A stretch of DNA of 64,000 bases, taken from positions 109,864,001 through 109,928,000 of the forward strand of contig NC_091291.1 of assembly GCF_032444005.1 (NCBI RefSeq), written 5' to 3'. Positions 60,084-64,000 of this stretch are shown here, one piece after another (position 1 is the stretch's first letter; every line of letters starts with the position of its first letter). A program made the translations under genes and the position numbers. The notes beneath the pieces were generated by a model, which was not told where the DNA came from, ran no database searches, and worked only from the letters and a program-made list of their open reading frames with translations. This DNA is from Ranitomeya imitator (lineage: Eukaryota).

Positions 60084-60836
60084 GACTATTAAAAAAGTGA
60101 CAGACGAATTACATTGTATTTTAAAAAATATATATTTTTAATGTTTGTATAGAAAGTCTCTTAAAGTTTACAATTTAAACAGTGAGGCTACAGGTTTAAA
60201 AAATACCACAACAAAAAAAGCAAAAAAGAATATGTAACAAACAGTACCAAAGAGCTATAGAATAAAACTGTCAAAACCTCGGATAAAAACAGATGTAAAT
60301 ATCCTGCAGTAAGTAAATAATAATAGTACATATATTTATAACATAGGGTACTTAGTTGACACTATTTTGATCAAAAGAACGTAAAAGCCATCCCACCGCG
60401 ACAAAGTGTACCCAATCGGGATGGTCCCGTATTTCACCTCATGTACCAGCAAGCCTATGACTCTACGTTTCATGGATGGAACAGAGGCTGTGACAATGTA
60501 TATTAGAAAATATCTTAGATTATGGTACAAAATAAATAGGGAGCTAAGAGAAAAATGCTTTGTCTTTGGACCACCCCTTTAAATACAAATCCATCCATTA
60601 TGGGGAAAAAATAAAACGTTATGGCTTCCTGAATATGGATGCTTCAACCAAAATTTTTATTTTTCTTGTGTGTTTTTTCCATTTTTTTAAGCAGTAAAAA
60701 ATATATATAAATTTATTGTCAAAGTAATCATACTGACCAACAGAATAAAGTTATCAAATCATTTTTATCATACAGTTATAAATACGAAACCAGAGCAATA
60801 ATGACGGAATTATTTTTGCTTTTCTATGTCATCTAA

Positions 60837-61184
60837 GGCCTCATTCAGACGTCAGTGTTTTTGACATACCAGAAAAACTGCCTGAGATTTGGCAGCGTTT
60901 GATCATTTTTTTTTACTAATAGGTAGAAGAAGTTGGAGAAACTTTTTTTTTTCCTATCGGTAGGTGAAAAGTGGAGAGTAAACGGATGGCGTCCGTACGC
61001 TGTCAGATTTTTTTTTACAAACCCATAGAGTTGCATTGCCAATTTTGATATGACACTTGGATCAATATTGGACATGCCTCCGCAATTTTGAACGGACGAG
61101 GAACAAAATCTGACATGTGAACAGAGCCATAGACTGTTATAGTTACAAGTGCTATCAGTGAAAAACGGACGTCTGAACGAAGCC
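60837..61184. mobile_element. Harbinger-type MITE
   Basis: TAA|GGCCTCATTCAGACGTC...GACGTCTGAACGAAGCC|TCA. Confidence 0.7.
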
Positions 61185-61782
61185 TCAGAAACCTTTTTTC
61201 CTGTTTTTCTAGTATATTATATGGTACATTAAGTGATGGAATACAAAACTACAGCTTACCATGCGAAAAAAAAGCACAAAAAAAAAACAAAAACGGTCAT
61301 ACACCTATGGCAGCACATGAATAAAAAATGTGTAGCACTTGGAAAACAAGAATTAAAAAAAAAAACAAAACAAACCAACTGCCCATAGTAGGAAGAGGTT
61401 AATAATCTTTGCACTTTGTATTGTGAAATCCGGTGACTGATCCCTTGGGCAATCAATAGAGCAGGAAATAAAAGTTCTACCTTTAGCCAAAATATGAATA
61501 ACTTGACTATAAAGTGTCTTGTTAATAAGGCTCTCATCTGCAGATGTCCGTTATACTTAGTTTTTAGTTTCTCACCATTTCCAGGATCCCTGCTTGCTGT
61601 CAGTGGATAACAACACCCTGAGCGTACAGGCCATATAGAGCTGAGCGGTGGTTACAATGTGTCAGTTTAGTGATCTGATCACACAAGGAGCATTAATTCT
61701 CTCCTCTCCTGACAGTAAAGTATCAGTCTGGAGATCAGGCGCTATAGATCATTAGTAACCGAGCTGTGATCTGAAGACTTAC

Positions 61783-61880
61783 CCTGAGATTTCCTCTCCG
61801 TTAGAGCTGAGAGTATGGAGGAGATCTGCAGAAATGAACTCGGCAATCACCTGACTCCCAACAGGGAGGAGGAACTCTGT
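61783..61880 (-). promoter_or_regulatory. Putative non-coding exon 1 and promoter of MS4A gene C
   Basis: Conserved donor CAGG|GTAAGT at 61783/61782; CACCTG 61848-61853, GAGGAACT 61869-61876; paralogous to 33074-33180. Confidence 0.65.
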
Positions 61881-62051
61881 TCTTGTGTGCCGTTTCACAT
61901 CTGCTTCTTTTTTTTTTCAGCGTGCATAGCATTTTTTCTCTTTTGTTTGGGTGTTTTTTTTGTTTTTGGAAAAAGACATCAGCGTAATTTAATGTTGCCT
62001 ACATATGTTAATGTTATAACATAAATTATAATATATTGTATATAAATTACA

Positions 62052-64000
62052 CAGTGGGGAAAAAAAGTATTTAGTCAGCCACCAATTGTGCAAGTTCTCC
62101 CACTTAAAAAGATGAGAGAGGCCTGTAATTGACATCATAGGTAGACCTCAACTATGAGAGTCAAAATGAGAAAACAAATCCAAAAAATCACCTAGTCTGA
62201 TTTGGCAAGATTTATTTTGCAAATTTTGGTGGAAAATAAGTATTTGGTCACCTAAAAACATGCAAGATTTCTGGCTCTCACAGACCTGTAACTTCTTCTT
62301 TAAGAGGCTCCTCTGTCCTCCACTCATTACCTGTAGTAATGGCACCTGTTTGAACTTGTTATCAGTATAATAGACACCTGTCCACAACCTCAAACAGTCT
62401 GACTCCAAACTCCACTATGGTGAATACCAAAGAGCTGTCAAAGGACACCAGAAACAAAATTGTAGCCCTGCACCAGGCTGGGAAGACTGAATCTGCAAGC
62501 AGCTTGGTGTGATGAAATCAACTGTGGGAGCAATAGTAAGAAAATAGAAGACATACAAGACCACTGATAATCTCCCTCGATCTGGGGCTCCACTCAAGAT
62601 CTCACCCTGTGGGGTCAAAATGATCACGAGAACGGTGAGCAAAAATCCCAGAACCACTTGGGGAGACCTAATGAATGACCTGCATAGAGCTGGGACCACC
62701 ATAACAAAAGCTACCATCAGTAACACACTATGCCACCAGGGACTCAGATCCTGCAGTGCCAGACGTGTCCCCCTGCTTAAACCAGTACACATCTGGTCCT
62801 GTCTGAAGTTTGCTAGAGAACATTTGCATTATCCAGAAGAGTATTGGGAGAATATCATATGGTCTGATGAAACCAAAGTAGAACTGTTTGGTAGAAACAA
62901 AACTCATCGTGTTTGGAGGAGACAGAATGCTGAATTGCATTCAAAGAGCACCATACCTACTGTAAAGCATGAGGGTGGCAACATCATTCTTTGGGGCTGT
63001 TTCTCTGCAAAGGGACCAGGACGACTGATCCGTATACATGAAAGAATGAATGGGGCCAAGTATCGTGAGATTTTGATTTCAAACCTCCTTCCATCAGCAA
63101 GGGCATTGAAGATGAAACGTGGCTGGGTCTTTCAGCATGATAATCATCCCAAGCACACTGCCAGGACAGCGAAGGAGTGGCTTTGTAAGAAGCATATGAA
63201 GGTCCTGACAGTTTCCAGATCTCAACCCCATAGAAAACCTTTGGAGGGATTTGAAAGTCCGTGTTGCCCAGTGACAGGCCCAAAACATCACTGCTCTAGA
63301 GGAGATCTGCATGGAGGAATGGGCCAACATGCCAACAACAGTGTGTGCCAACCTTGTGAAGACTTAGGCTACTTTCAGACTTACGTTGTTTTGTATCGAT
63401 CAAAATGCGTCATTTTTGAAAAAAAACGCATCCTGCAAATTTGCCCACAGGATGATTTTTTTTCCCATAGACTTGTATTGCCGACAGATCATGACGTATG
63501 GCCACATGATGCATCCATCGTGCACTGGTTGCGTCGGATTTTGGCGGCCCGTTGTCTGGAAAAAACATTCAAGGGAACGTTTTTCTGTGCGTTGCATCCT
63601 GCTTTTCCATCTGTGCATGCCCAGCAGGAAATCTCACTCTCTGTCTCTTTCCTGCCCGGGACTGCAGGCGGAAATGTGAAAGCATACACTTCCGTCGGTA
63701 TGTCGCGCCAACGCTTTGTGATGGGCGACTACCGACGGAAATGTGAAAGTAGCCTACAAAGGATATATTGCCAACAAAGGATATATAACAAAATATTGAG
63801 ATGAAATTATGTTAATGACCAAATACTTATTTTCCACCATAATTTGCAAAATAAATCTTGACAAATCAGACAAGGTGATTTTCTGGATTTGTTTTCTCAT
63901 TTTGACTCTCATAGTTGTGGTCTACCTATGATGTCAATTACAGGCCTCTCTCATCTCTTTGAATCGGAGAACTTGCACAATTGGTGGCTGACTAAATACT
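62052..64000 (+). mobile_element. Tc1 transposon (defective), with Harbinger MITE at 63367-63754; right TIR runs off the window
   Basis: TIR CAGTGGGGAAAAAAAGTATTTAGTCAGCCACC; transposase WSDETK...[11 protein letters not shown]...FQHDNHPKH, frameshifted before the catalytic E. Confidence 0.9.

Noticed and set aside
62620-63804. 394-aa ORF as an active Tc1 transposase
   Set aside because: Frameshifted before the SPDLNPIE catalytic motif and reads through into a Harbinger MITE

Overview
Eukaryotic, TE-rich vertebrate DNA, inferred to be frog (anuran) from its repeat families; no prokaryotic features. The genic content is a tandem cluster of three MS4A (CD20-like tetraspan) genes, all on the minus strand, found by splice-site reading rather than from the ORF track. 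Gene C (6 coding exons, 60083->44047, 252 aa) and gene B (6 coding exons, 31722->18348, 250 aa) are complete, with GT-AG phase-0 introns, and each has a non-coding exon 1. Gene A is more divergent and partial (exons at 4449-4596 and 2793-2924, plus a candidate in-frame coding exon 1 at 11282-11490); its remaining exons were not found and probably lie left of the window. Introns and spacers hold CR1 and L2 LINEs, Penelope, Gypsy/chromovirus and solo LTRs, a DIRS/Ngaro RT fragment, Tc1, hAT, piggyBac, a Chapaev3-like transposase, many Harbinger/T2/hAT MITEs, several tandem repeats and one 181-N gap. Highlights: (1) an intact minimal type I hammerhead ribozyme in a ~315-nt retrozyme/Penelope-like insertion, sense to the gene A intron; (2) divergence between genes B and C concentrated in the extracellular loops and adjacent TM segments; (3) a possible ~70-aa basic N-terminal extension of gene A; (4) an 18-bp VNTR that reads as an array of splice acceptors; (5) a chance in-frame Chapaev-CR1 chimeric ORF.
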